From: Candidatus Poribacteria bacterium
GTDB lineage: Bacteria > Poribacteria > WGA-4E > WGA-3G
Reading direction: 5' to 3'
Assembly: GCA_965198235.1 (NCBI GenBank)
Contig: OZ240248.1
Location: 1,568,001 to 1,632,000 of the forward strand
Length of the DNA: 64,000 bases
A program made the translations under genes and the position numbers. The notes under the pieces were generated by a model. That model was not told the origin of the DNA and searched no databases. It saw only the letters and a list, made by a program, of their open reading frames with translations. Positions 30,508-40,348 of the stretch are shown here, one piece after another; position 1 is the first letter of the stretch, and each line of letters begins with the position of its first letter.

Positions 30508-30639
30508 TTTCAGTACTCCTTTTCATTTTGTTTGCAGTCTCGTAGAGACTTGAAAAAAAATAACATTTGTGTAATACTTAAATTGTATAACAATTTTTTT
30601 TAATTTGCAAATCTTCTAACTATCAAAATCTGAGCGTCG

Positions 30640-31200
30640 TTTTTTTAACTATTAACTCTGGTCATTGTTCCACTTCGTTTCACGAAGGTTTCTGGTGAAT
30701 TGAGAAACCTTTGAGCACCTAAAGCAGGTTGAAGTTCACTGAAAACCACTGCGAAACGAAATTATGCCTTAAATGGCATAATTTGTCTTTGCTTTACATT
30801 TAGAGCAGTTTAACTATCAACTCGACTCCGTTATAGATGTTAAAGCACGAGTGTTTTTGCTTGGGGTTTTTGCTTGGGTGTTTCTGCGGATTTCTTCGAT
30901 GGTTAACAGATTCCCATAGTTAGAAAATCGTTTCACGAGGGTTTCTGGTTAATTCCAACTGCCTTAAAGACGAGAGAGTACCAACCCTACGTGAACTCGA
31001 CCAAAAACTTGTCCGAAACGAAGTGAAGGGGTGTTTTTGATAGGGGTGTTTTTGCTTGGGGTTTTTGATAGGGGTTTTTGATAGGGCATTTCTGCGGATT
31101 TCCCTGCGTATTGATAGGGGTTTTTGATAGGGTATTTCTGTGGATTTCCCTGCGTATTGCTTGGGTGTTTCTTTGCTCAGAGGCCCATGGTTAGAAAAAT
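30640..31200. repeat. Two adjacent Family A elements with an expanded array of short words
   Basis: Arms, nested palindrome, and many TTTTTGATAGGG / TTTTTGCTTGGG / TGCGGATTTC units. Confidence 0.85.
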
Positions 31201-31216
31201 GGAAGAAGGAAGTCCT

Positions 31217-31537
31217 ATGGTTGAACACATCGTCCTACTGAAGTTAAAATCGGATGTTACCGCGACACAGTTGGAAACTTTGTCTGATGTGCTCTTGGGA
31301 ATGGCTGATGAAATTCCCGGTATTGAATCCATAACTGCTGGTACGAACAACAGTCCTGAAGGCAAAAGTCAGGGGTACACGTATGGTTTTATAGTGCGTT
31401 TTACAGACGAAGCGGCACGCGACGCATATCTGCCACATCCTTTTCACCGCCAAGTCGCGGGCGAACACATCCGTCCGCTTGTTGAGGATGTCCTTGTTTT
31501 CGATTATTCCGCACCTACCAACAACCAAAGCGTGTAG
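31217..31537 (+). CDS. Dabb family protein
   Basis: HIVLLKLK, IPGI, YLPHPFH, LVFDY. Confidence 0.9.
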   Translation: MVEHIVLLKLKSDVTATQLETLSDVLLGMADEIPGIESITAGTNNSPEGKSQGYTYGFIVRFTDEAARDAYLPHPFHRQVAGEHIRPLVEDVLVFDYSAPTNNQSV

Positions 31538-31649
31538 CTTGGAACATTGTCCTGCAAGCCTCTATAGGCTTGCACCAGGAAAGCGGATATACGGAAAAGA
31601 ACTAATTAACCAGAACTCACCGAACCGAACCGCAAGGAAAATTAAAAAA
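31534..31649 (+). repeat. Family B element with nested CAAGCCTCTATAGGCTTG module
   Basis: GTAGC..GCGGATATACG..CGAACCGCAAGGAAAATTAAAAAA then ATG. Confidence 0.75.
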
Positions 31650-33038
31650 ATGAGTTGGAACATAGTCGTCGTTGTTTCAGATACGCTGCGAACCGCATAT
31701 CTCAGTCCTTATGGCAACGATTGGATTCGAACACCGAATTTAGCACGGTTTGCCGAACAGAGTGTCAGGTTTACGAACGCCCACCCGGAATGCTTACCAA
31801 CAATCCCCACGCGCCGGACTTTACATACCGGCAGACGCGCCTATCCATTCAGCACTTATACCCCTGTACCATGGGACAACGTCTATACCCCCGGTTGGCA
31901 ACCGATGTCTTCCGATGAACCCGCAATTGCTGAATCGCTTGTGCGAAATGGGTATCATACCGGTTTCTTCGCCGATGTGCCGCACTATTTTGTGCCGGGC
32001 ATGAATTTCACGCGCGGGTTCCGGCAGTGGGAATTCGTCAGGGGTCAAGCCGAAGATAGGTACCGGGGTGGTGCGCACGCCGATCCTACGCTGATTTCCC
32101 GTTATCGAGGAAATCCCGAACGTATCCGTGCCCATATTGTGAACGTTCAACCTGAACGTCCAGAGGAGATGTGGCCCGCCGCGCGGTTGTTCCGTTCCGC
32201 CATCGAATTCGTTGAACACAATCATCAGAATACTCCGTTTTACCTCTATGTTGATGGATTCACACCGCACGAAACATGGGAAGCACCTATCCATTACTAT
32301 GATATCTATGGTAAGCGAGAAGACCGCGAGCCTATCTGTCTCAACCTCCCCTACGGTTCACTCAACGATGAGGAACTTGAGGAACGGTTGCCGAGCGTTA
32401 AAGCCAACTACGCAGGTTTGGTAACGCTCGTAGATACTTGGTTTGGAAGGTTGGTGGATACGATTGATCGGCTTGGACTGCGTGAGAACACGCTCATCAT
32501 GTTCCTCAGCGACCACGGCACCAACTTCGCAGAGAATCCAGACAAAGCCACTGGTAAACCGGCGAACTTTATGTACCCCGGCACGATGGACATCCCTTTA
32601 ATGGTTAGCCATCCGTCAGGCGTTAACGCCGGCACGACGTGTGATGAATTCGTCTATACGCTTGATGTACCTGCCACCGTTATGGCAGCAAGCCAAGTTG
32701 AACCTGCTGGCGAGATTCAAGGGCAGAGTTTGCTTCCGATCGTTGAAGGGAAAAACGATTTTACGTCGCGTGAATATCTGACCTGTCGCTATGTCAATTC
32801 TGTTTGGTATAAAGATGCGAAGAGTTGGTATTTTTCCAGCGTCGACTTCCAACAAGATACACGCCTGTTTGATCTTGAGGCGGATGTCGCTTGTCAGCAT
32901 AACATCGCTGATAAGGGTGCAGACCGGATTGCCCTCGCACAGGAGCGGATTTTGGCGGATGCCGGTGGACGCCTGCCTCACTACAAACGCCAAGGTAGAA
33001 CGGATGCCCTCGGCAGACCGCAGTTCGCGGAGGCATAG
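31650..33038 (+). CDS. Sulfatase / alkaline-phosphatase superfamily hydrolase
   Basis: NIVVVVSDTLR, TIPTR..TG, PHE, SDHG motifs. Confidence 0.87.
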   Translation: MSWNIVVVVSDTLRTAYLSPYGNDWIRTPNLARFAEQSVRFTNAHPECLPTIPTRRTLHTGRRAYPFSTYTPVPWDNVYTPGWQPMSSDEPAIAESLVRNGYHTGFFADVPHYFVPGMNFTRGFRQWEFVRGQAEDRYRGGAHADPTLISRYRGNPERIRAHIVNVQPERPEEMWPAARLFRSAIEFVEHNHQNTPFYLYVDGFTPHETWEAPIHYYDIYGKREDREPICLNLPYGSLNDEELEERLPSVKANYAGLVTLVDTWFGRLVDTIDRLGLRENTLIMFLSDHGTNFAENPDKATGKPANFMYPGTMDIPLMVSHPSGVNAGTTCDEFVYTLDVPATVMAASQVEPAGEIQGQSLLPIVEGKNDFTSREYLTCRYVNSVWYKDAKSWYFSSVDFQQDTRLFDLEADVACQHNIADKGADRIALAQERILADAGGRLPHYKRQGRTDALGRPQFAEA

Positions 33039-33147
33039 TCTGTGCCCTGCTGCAGCACCGGTGGGAGGGGTTTGTAACCCCGAACTTTTCCGTAGTCTGT
33101 GCCCTGCTGCAGCACCGGTGGGAGGGGTTTGTAACCCCGAACTTTTC
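33036..33147 (+). repeat. 57-bp tandem duplication with REP-like hairpin
   Basis: TAGTCTGTGCCC...GGGGTTTGTAACCCCGAACTTTTC at 33036 and 33093. Confidence 0.9.
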
Positions 33148-33245
33148 GATAAAGCGATTGCAACCTTAAACGCCTTGATTGATGAAGTGGATCCCGACGA
33201 ACAATACCCTCTCTATGACCTCCTTGATACATTGGGTGTAGAGCA
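33148..33245 (+). pseudogene. Internal fragment of a HigA-like antitoxin
   Basis: DKAIATLNALIDEV..EQYPLYDLLDTLG; both ends replaced by repeats. Confidence 0.5.
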
Positions 33246-33249
33246 CCTG

Positions 33250-33375
33250 CGTTAGGTTATGAGAGGTTGCTAACTTTACCAGAAACCATTGCGTAATGAA
33301 ATTAGGTTTCCTTAAATGGCATAATTTGTCTTTGCTTTACATTTGGAGCAATGCTCAGAGGCAATCGTTTAAAAA
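33250..33375. repeat. Family A right half
   Basis: CATTG-CGTAATGAAAT[insert]TGGAG-CAATG; near-identical to 35859-35947; abuts ATG. Confidence 0.85.
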
Positions 33376-35250
33376 ATGCAAATCCGCTTCTCCGAACTCA
33401 GCCATCACCTATACGTTCATCACGGACATGTCAATACGGGTATCCTTCGTGATGGAGATCGTGCACTCCTCATTGATCCGAGTGGGACTACCCTCCACGC
33501 CACACTCGCGGAACTTGGGATCGCCAACGTCGAGCAGATTCTATTTACGCATCATCACCGTGATAGCACAGCAGGTTTCCCGATACCGGGGTCCCCACCC
33601 GTTACTGGAAAGGGGAAGCATGCTCGCGTCGGGGTTCCGGCGAAAGAGGCAGCGTGGTTTAGCGAGGTTGAAACCTTTTGGGACGATCCACAATACCGAT
33701 GGCACCTCTATAATTATCATCCCCACAATCTCATGCTTGCCAATGCTATCTCCGTGACGGATACATATACTGAGGGTGAACAGATTGAATGGGGTCCGGC
33801 ATCGCTGACGGTTCTTGAAACACCAGGGCATACCGATGGAAGTGTCACCTATCTTATTGATGTTGATGGGGGACGTTTCGCCTTCTCCGGCGATCTCATT
33901 TATGACAAGGGTAAGTTATGGGATCTTTATAGTTTACAAAAAGGGCAACAGACGAGTGACTATCACGGGTTTCTCGGTGCACGCGATGAGCTAACAGAGA
34001 GTCTTGGGAAGGTCCGCCGTGCATCACCAGCGGCACTCATTCCGACCCACGGTGTTGTCATGAGAGATCCTGATAGGGCAATAGATGCGCTTCTGAACCA
34101 GTTAGCGCACTGTTACGATAAATACGTCGCGATCTCTGCTCTCCGACACTACTTTCCGAAACTCTTTGCTGAATTTGAGGGACGTGCTGGACACATGCCT
34201 ATCCGAGAGGGCAAGCCACCACCTAAATTTTTGCGCCATTTCGGCACAACGTGGTTGATTATCTCCGAAAACGGTGAGGCGTTCGTGATGGATTGCGGTT
34301 CACCGAATGTTATCAAACAGATCCAGCAGTTACAAGCAAGCGGCGAAATTTCGGAAGTTACCCAATTTTGGGTAACGCACTACCATGACGATCATGTTGA
34401 TGCTATCCCTGAATTTCAAGCGACCTTCTCTTGTGAAACGATAACGGATTCAGTTGTCGCACGAGTCATCACAAATCCGATCGGTTTCCGGCTTCCCTGT
34501 ATTTCGCCTTCGGTTACGCGAGTGGATCGCATTACCCGTGATGGAGATTCTTGGCAGTGGAATGAGTTCACGATGACAGCATACCATTTTCCGGGACAAA
34601 CCTATTATCACGGTGGACTGCTTGTTAAGGGGCGCGGTGTTCGGATGTTCTTCGCAGGTGATTCCTTCACGATGGCAGGAATTGACGACTATTGTTCAGG
34701 GAATCGGAATTTGCTCGGTAAAAATGCCGGTTACGAAAAATGTCTAAGGCGTATTCAGCAGCTCAATCCGACGCATATCTTTAACTGCCATGTCGATCCA
34801 GCCTTTGATTTTACTGATGCCGAGATTCAGTGTATGCTGGACACACTTGCCGAACGTGAAAAATGCTATACCGCGCTCTTTCCTTGGGACCACGCGAACT
34901 ACGGCATGGACGAACATTGGGTCCGTTGTTATCCTTATGAACAGGAAGTCGCTCTTGGAGAAACGGCACAGTTACGCGTGGAGATAACGAATCATTCATC
35001 TGAGCCACGCACAGCAATTGCCCAACCGATCCTTCCGAGCGAGTGGAGTATCGAGCTTCCCTCAGTAGAAACAACGATTCCAGCGCGATCAGATGGTCAC
35101 ATCGATTTTTCTGTCCCGACTCCACTGCGTTGTGAGTGGGAGGGATTTGTAACCCCGACCGTAAGAATTGTCGTTCCAGTAGATATTACCTATGATACGC
35201 GTCCACTCGGTCAATTTCGAGAGGCAATCTTCGTTCTGACAGGAGGTTAG
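33376..35250 (+). CDS. Duplicated MBL-fold metallo-hydrolase
   Basis: THHHRD, TPGHT, SGD; second THYHDDH domain. Confidence 0.88.
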   Translation: MQIRFSELSHHLYVHHGHVNTGILRDGDRALLIDPSGTTLHATLAELGIANVEQILFTHHHRDSTAGFPIPGSPPVTGKGKHARVGVPAKEAAWFSEVETFWDDPQYRWHLYNYHPHNLMLANAISVTDTYTEGEQIEWGPASLTVLETPGHTDGSVTYLIDVDGGRFAFSGDLIYDKGKLWDLYSLQKGQQTSDYHGFLGARDELTESLGKVRRASPAALIPTHGVVMRDPDRAIDALLNQLAHCYDKYVAISALRHYFPKLFAEFEGRAGHMPIREGKPPPKFLRHFGTTWLIISENGEAFVMDCGSPNVIKQIQQLQASGEISEVTQFWVTHYHDDHVDAIPEFQATFSCETITDSVVARVITNPIGFRLPCISPSVTRVDRITRDGDSWQWNEFTMTAYHFPGQTYYHGGLLVKGRGVRMFFAGDSFTMAGIDDYCSGNRNLLGKNAGYEKCLRRIQQLNPTHIFNCHVDPAFDFTDAEIQCMLDTLAEREKCYTALFPWDHANYGMDEHWVRCYPYEQEVALGETAQLRVEITNHSSEPRTAIAQPILPSEWSIELPSVETTIPARSDGHIDFSVPTPLRCEWEGFVTPTVRIVVPVDITYDTRPLGQFREAIFVLTGG

Positions 35251-35256
35251 AAACCC

Positions 35257-35676
35257 GTGCTAAACTTATCGCATCCCACCATCGACATCGCTATTACCTG
35301 TAGCGACTTTGCAGCGTCGTTGGACTTCTATCATAACAAGTTAGGGCTTGAAATCGTGTTAGAGTTAGAGATTCCAGATGACCTCGCGCGCGGTGTAGGG
35401 CTTGCCCCGACCGGTTTTCGCCAGGTCCGCCTTAAAGCTGGCAACACGCTCATCAAACTGATGGATATTGAATCGCCACCGCCGACACCAGCAGACGGAT
35501 TCTCGGCAGGTGTCCGTTGGCTTACCTTTTTTGTAGAGGATATTCAGGGAACCGTCGAAGGCTTAAAACAGAATGGTGTTGAATTTCTGTCCGAACCGAT
35601 AAGCGCACCAGACGCAGTAGGCGTTGCGTGTGCGAAGGACCCGGATGGCATTCTGGTTGAACTGGTCCAAATTTGA
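35257..35676 (+). CDS. VOC/glyoxalase family protein
   Basis: FY..KLGL and DPDGILVEL motifs. Confidence 0.88.
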   Translation: MLNLSHPTIDIAITCSDFAASLDFYHNKLGLEIVLELEIPDDLARGVGLAPTGFRQVRLKAGNTLIKLMDIESPPPTPADGFSAGVRWLTFFVEDIQGTVEGLKQNGVEFLSEPISAPDAVGVACAKDPDGILVELVQI

Positions 35677-35714
35677 CCATACGCGGTCGAATTTCGCATT
35701 TACATTATATAAGA

Positions 35715-35947
35715 GGTTTTTAATTTATTGAATATGGGCGTTATTCCTCTACAGAGATATTGAAGAAATCCGCAGGGAAATCCGCAGAAATGCCCTATCA
35801 AAAACCCCAAGCAAAAACCCCCTACGGGGTTCAGTCCCCGTTGAAATTGACCGGGAACCATTGCGTAATGAAATTAGGTTTCCTTAAATGGCATAATTTG
35901 TCTTTGCTTTACATTTGGAGCAATGCCCAGGAGCAATCATTTAAAAA
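35715..35947. repeat. Family A element with word array
   Basis: TTTTTAATTTATTGAAT left end; GAAATCCGCA units; nested palindrome; abuts ATG 35948. Confidence 0.8.
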
Positions 35948-36826
35948 ATGAAAACATTGACTGATTCGCAAATCCTCGATTTTAATGAGAACGGTTATCT
36001 GTTAATCGAAGATGCCCTTGCTCCAGACGATCTAAATCCGCTTATCGTGGAATTTGAAGAAATTGTTGATACGGGAGCATCAGAACTCTACGCAGAAGGT
36101 GAGCTTGATTCCGAATTCAAAACGGAAGGATTTAATACCCGCTTGGCAAAAATTACGGCGCAGTCTCCTGTCTTGTTTCAGAAGTTGTTCAGTGGTGCAC
36201 ACACAGGACCGGCACTCTTTGACCTGCTCATCAATCCGAAGCTGCTTGACCTCGCTGAGTCGCTCGTCGGGCCGGAAATTATGTGCCATCCCGCCTACCG
36301 GGTTCGTCCCAAGCTCCCTGAGCACGACCGGACCCTCGTTCCATGGCATCAAGACGCTGGCTATATGGAGCCTAAATGTGATTCTGTCTTGCAACTCACG
36401 ATCTGGATTCCGCTGATAGATGCTACCGTTGAAAACGGATGTTTGGAGGTCATCCCGCATGTCCATCGGGATGGCGTTTTCCGGCATCAGAGTGTTCCGG
36501 GACGTTTCTATCTTGAGATACCACCAGATGAATTGCCTGAAGTCGAACCCGTAGTAGTTCCTGTCAAGTTTGGCAGCATTCTTCTACTTACCAATCTGAC
36601 CCCGCACCGTTCCATTCCGAATGTCAGTCATCAAGTCCGATGGAGTGTTGATTCTCGCTATCAGGACACCGCAAAACCGACCGGCTATCAACCGGAAGCA
36701 GGCTTTCTCGCGCGGAGCCGGATGCACCCTGAAGATGTTGTTACCACGCCTGAGAAATTTAAACGTGTTCGCGATGAACATCAACCCGGTCCTGGTCCAA
36801 ATCGGTGGGCAAAGAAGGTCCGTTAA
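35948..36826 (+). CDS. Phytanoyl-CoA dioxygenase (PhyH) family
   Basis: PWHQD, ENGCL, PHRS..N...R. Confidence 0.9.
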   Translation: MKTLTDSQILDFNENGYLLIEDALAPDDLNPLIVEFEEIVDTGASELYAEGELDSEFKTEGFNTRLAKITAQSPVLFQKLFSGAHTGPALFDLLINPKLLDLAESLVGPEIMCHPAYRVRPKLPEHDRTLVPWHQDAGYMEPKCDSVLQLTIWIPLIDATVENGCLEVIPHVHRDGVFRHQSVPGRFYLEIPPDELPEVEPVVVPVKFGSILLLTNLTPHRSIPNVSHQVRWSVDSRYQDTAKPTGYQPEAGFLARSRMHPEDVVTTPEKFKRVRDEHQPGPGPNRWAKKVR

Positions 36827-36976
36827 CTATGGCGGCTTCCGCTCGGTTTTTCTCTGTTTTGATCATCAACTCGTGCCTTTATAAAATGTGGAAGACGAGT
36901 TGATGGTCAAGAAAAACCGGTTTCTGCCTAAATCGGAACAGGACTGGAAACAATTCAGTTTTTCTGAAGGAGACGA

Positions 36977-37471
36977 ATGATGCGTAATTTACAGGGGTTG
37001 TCCCTATTTTTTATCGTGCTAATTCTATTCATGAGTGGAGCTACACCTCCAACCGAAGAACAGAAACCGCGAGAGGTTGAACTCCGAGGCAAAATCGTCT
37101 GCTTAGCGGAGGAGATGCACACCCACTATGGTGTAGAACTCTTTAAAACCCACGATCATCTATACGGTGTCAAAACTGAAGATGGCAAATACTACACCCT
37201 CCTACGGACATCGCTGGCGGAGGCATTCTTTGTTGACGAGCAATTGCATGAGAAAGATCTGATTATCAACAGTCGCGTCTTTCCCAAAACGCAACTACTG
37301 GAGGTAATCCGATTTTACGCTATCAAAGATGGGGTTGTACATGAACTCTACTACTACTGCGACACGTGCTACATCCGAGCGGTTGCCCCGGGGAATTGCG
37401 ACTGCTGTCAGGCACCGGTTGTGTTAATAGAGAAACCTCTAAATGTCGATTCTACAATACCGTCACCGTAG
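36977..37471 (+). CDS. Exported hypothetical protein with C-terminal CxxC..CxCC motif
   Basis: Signal peptide; YYCDTC..PGNCDCCQ. Confidence 0.75.
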   Translation: MMRNLQGLSLFFIVLILFMSGATPPTEEQKPREVELRGKIVCLAEEMHTHYGVELFKTHDHLYGVKTEDGKYYTLLRTSLAEAFFVDEQLHEKDLIINSRVFPKTQLLEVIRFYAIKDGVVHELYYYCDTCYIRAVAPGNCDCCQAPVVLIEKPLNVDSTIPSP

Positions 37472-37476
37472 GAACA

Positions 37477-37631
37477 TTTTTAAATAATTGATCCCTGGGG
37501 CCTCGTTCCACTACGTTTCACGAGGGTTTTCGGTGAAGTTAAGCCACTCCATTGACGGAAGCACGACTCGACTTAACCAAGAACCGTTGCGAAATGTAAT
37601 GGAGCAACGACCAGATTTAATAGGTAAAAAA
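37477..37631. repeat. Family A element (plain form)
   Basis: Arms CCTCG-15-CGAGG (37501-37525) and CGTTG-15-CAACG (37585-37609); abuts ATG 37632. Confidence 0.85.
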
Positions 37632-38825
37632 ATGGAAAAACGACCTAAAATCGCCGCGATTGCGACGATTTATCACAAATACTCGCACACACAGCACATC
37701 GTCGATCGATTCTTGGAAGGCTATGGGTGGAACAGCCGACATCATCACCCGCCGATGGATCTCGTTTCCCTTTTCGTCGAACAGATCAAGGACAACGACC
37801 TCAGTCGCGAACGTCTGGAACGTTTCCCTACGGTGAAGGGATATCCTACAATCGCGGAGGCACTCACCCTCGGAGGTGAGGAACTCGCAGTCGACGGTGT
37901 CTTAATCATCGGTGAACACGGCGAATATCCAACCAACGAAAAAGGACAACGTTTCTATCCGCGCTATGAACACTTCATGCAGATCGCTGAGGTTTATGAA
38001 AAGAATGGACGCGGTGTGCCGACCTTTAACGACAAACACCTCTCATGGAACTGGGAGTGGGCGCGCGAGATGTACGACATTTCCCAGTCTATGGGCTTCG
38101 CGTTTATGGCAGGCTCGTCCCTGCCTGTTACGTGGCGCACACCTTCCATTGACATGCCGCTCGGTGTACCCGTTTCAGAGGCAGTATGTGTCGGCTACGG
38201 TGGTGTAGATAGTTATGATTTCCACGCGCTGGAAACCTTGCAGTGTATGGTAGAGCGGCGCGAAGACGGTGAGAGTGGGGTCAAATGGCTGCAAGCGTAT
38301 CGCGGCGACGCGTTTTGGGAGGCACATCACACCGAACTCTGGTCGCGAGAACTCTTTGAAGCTGCCCTCTGTCGGAGTCATACCCTTACACCATCACGTT
38401 CTGGGTTTAACAATCCTTTTCCGAATCTTGATGAGTTGAAGGAGATCGTGAAAGACCCAATAGCGTATCAATACGAACACAACGACGGACTCAAGTCTAC
38501 CATGATTCTGATGAACGGATTAGTCCAGGATTTCAACTTTGCCGCTTATATCGGGTCGGACAACGAGATTCTTTCAACACAGATGTATCTCCCGATGCCA
38601 CCCGCACGGACAACGTTGGCAAACTTCTTTTCGCCGCTGGTTAACAATATCGAAAAGATGTTCTTGACAGGTGAGGCAACCTATCCCGTTGAACGTACGT
38701 TATTGACGACGGGACTTGTTGCGGCAGGCGTTGACAGTCTCTTTGCTGATAGCACACGGCAGGAGACCCCTCATTTAGGCATTGCATATCAACCCACTGA
38801 AGCGTCAACTTTCTGGAGGACCTGA
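37632..38825 (+). CDS. Uncharacterised Gfo/Idh/MocA-like protein, paralog 1
   Basis: VDGVLIIGEHG.YP, NDKHLS, AGSSLP, FHALE motifs. Confidence 0.8.
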   Translation: MEKRPKIAAIATIYHKYSHTQHIVDRFLEGYGWNSRHHHPPMDLVSLFVEQIKDNDLSRERLERFPTVKGYPTIAEALTLGGEELAVDGVLIIGEHGEYPTNEKGQRFYPRYEHFMQIAEVYEKNGRGVPTFNDKHLSWNWEWAREMYDISQSMGFAFMAGSSLPVTWRTPSIDMPLGVPVSEAVCVGYGGVDSYDFHALETLQCMVERREDGESGVKWLQAYRGDAFWEAHHTELWSRELFEAALCRSHTLTPSRSGFNNPFPNLDELKEIVKDPIAYQYEHNDGLKSTMILMNGLVQDFNFAAYIGSDNEILSTQMYLPMPPARTTLANFFSPLVNNIEKMFLTGEATYPVERTLLTTGLVAAGVDSLFADSTRQETPHLGIAYQPTEASTFWRT

Positions 38826-38829
38826 GGTT

Positions 38830-40011
38830 ATGAGAACAAAAAGGATTGCCGTTATCGCTACTATCTACCGTTATCTATCGCACGCGCAGCACTTCGCTGA
38901 CCGGTTTCTTGTCGGCTATCCGACTGAGGGGAGATGGCATCATCCGGATATGAAAGTCGTCTCGTTGTTCGTTGACCAGAAGCCGGAAGGTGACCAGAGT
39001 TTGGATCGTGCCAGAGAGTTCGGTTTTTCTGTCTACCCCACTATTGCCGAGGCACTCCGTTGTGGTGGTGATGAGATTGCTGTTGACGCGGTGCTACTCA
39101 TCGGGGAACATGGTGATTACCCGCACAATGAAATGAACCAGGTCCTGTATCCGCGGTACGAATTTTTCAAAGAATGTGTCAAAGTCTTTGAGGCAGATGG
39201 ACGTGCCGTGCCTATCTATAACGACAAGCACCTCTCTTATAGTTTTGAGAAAGCGAAGGAGATGGTGGAGGATGGACATCGGCTCGGTTTTGGCGTGCTT
39301 GCAGGGTCATCGTTACCCGTCACGTGGCGGTTGCCGGATGTGGAATTGCCGTTAGAGTGTGAGATAGAGGAGGCACTCATGGTAGGCGTTGGAGGCTCGG
39401 ATCCGATGGATTATCACGCCTTGGAGGCGATGCAATGCATGATAGAACGCCGAAAGGGTGGGGAAACCGGGGTCGCCGCTGTGCAACTCATTGACGGTGA
39501 TGCTGTCTGGGAAGCCGGTGAGAAAGGCAACTGGTCACACGCACTCTTGGAAGCGGCACTCTCTCGAAGCGATACGCCCTGCGGTTTAACCGATGAGGAC
39601 GGCAGAACGCAAGATCTGCTCGGTACGGGTGAACTTCAGCGGCTTGTCGAAAATCCGTCCGCCTATTTCATTGAATATAACGACGGATTGAAAGCGACAC
39701 TTCTGATGCTCAATGGGGCAGTGCGGGATTACTGCTTCGCCGCGCAGCTAAAGGATGAACCGGTACCAGTGTCAACCCAGTTTTTCTTAACGCCGACCCC
39801 GAACGTTACTTATTCAGCATGTCTTATCGCTAAGATTGAGGAGCTTTTTGAAACGGGTGTCGCACCGTATCCAGCAGAACGAACGTTATTGGTGAGTGGT
39901 GCCTTGGAGAGTTGTCTAACCTCGCGGATTCAAGGGCATGTTAGGTTGGAAACTCCGCATCTTAATGTTGAATACCATGCCCCTGCGGAATCACAGTATG
40001 CACGGCGGTGA
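38830..40011 (+). CDS. Uncharacterised Gfo/Idh/MocA-like protein, paralog 2
   Basis: Same motifs as the upstream gene. Confidence 0.8.
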   Translation: MRTKRIAVIATIYRYLSHAQHFADRFLVGYPTEGRWHHPDMKVVSLFVDQKPEGDQSLDRAREFGFSVYPTIAEALRCGGDEIAVDAVLLIGEHGDYPHNEMNQVLYPRYEFFKECVKVFEADGRAVPIYNDKHLSYSFEKAKEMVEDGHRLGFGVLAGSSLPVTWRLPDVELPLECEIEEALMVGVGGSDPMDYHALEAMQCMIERRKGGETGVAAVQLIDGDAVWEAGEKGNWSHALLEAALSRSDTPCGLTDEDGRTQDLLGTGELQRLVENPSAYFIEYNDGLKATLLMLNGAVRDYCFAAQLKDEPVPVSTQFFLTPTPNVTYSACLIAKIEELFETGVAPYPAERTLLVSGALESCLTSRIQGHVRLETPHLNVEYHAPAESQYARR

Positions 40012-40039
40012 AATGTAAGGGCGGGGACCTGGACCCGCC

Positions 40040-40187
40040 CATTTATTTCGCCTTTCCCAATCCGCGCTTTTACGCCTTCGGGTAAGTGCCGTAAATGCCA
40101 ATCTTGTGTATCTTGCGAGATAGTATTTTGCGGAACAACACATATCGCGAATCCAATCGCTAAAATTAGAACCAATGTTTTTTGCAT
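40040..40187 (-). pseudogene. N-terminal remnant of a WD40 protein paralog
   Basis: MQKTLVLIL..LPEGVKARIGKG matches the start of 40349-42349; cut at a REP-like hairpin. Confidence 0.75.
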
Positions 40188-40348
40188 GAGAAAGTTTTCC
40201 TTTTTCGGTAGGGATTGTTTGTAATTTAATCGTAACATGAGTTAGCGACAAAAAAGGATATGATTATTGGCTATCGGCTTTCAGTTGTCAGCCATCAGTG
40301 GTAGTAAATCGGGCTTACAAAGACCTCCTACAATATGAGGTACACAGT

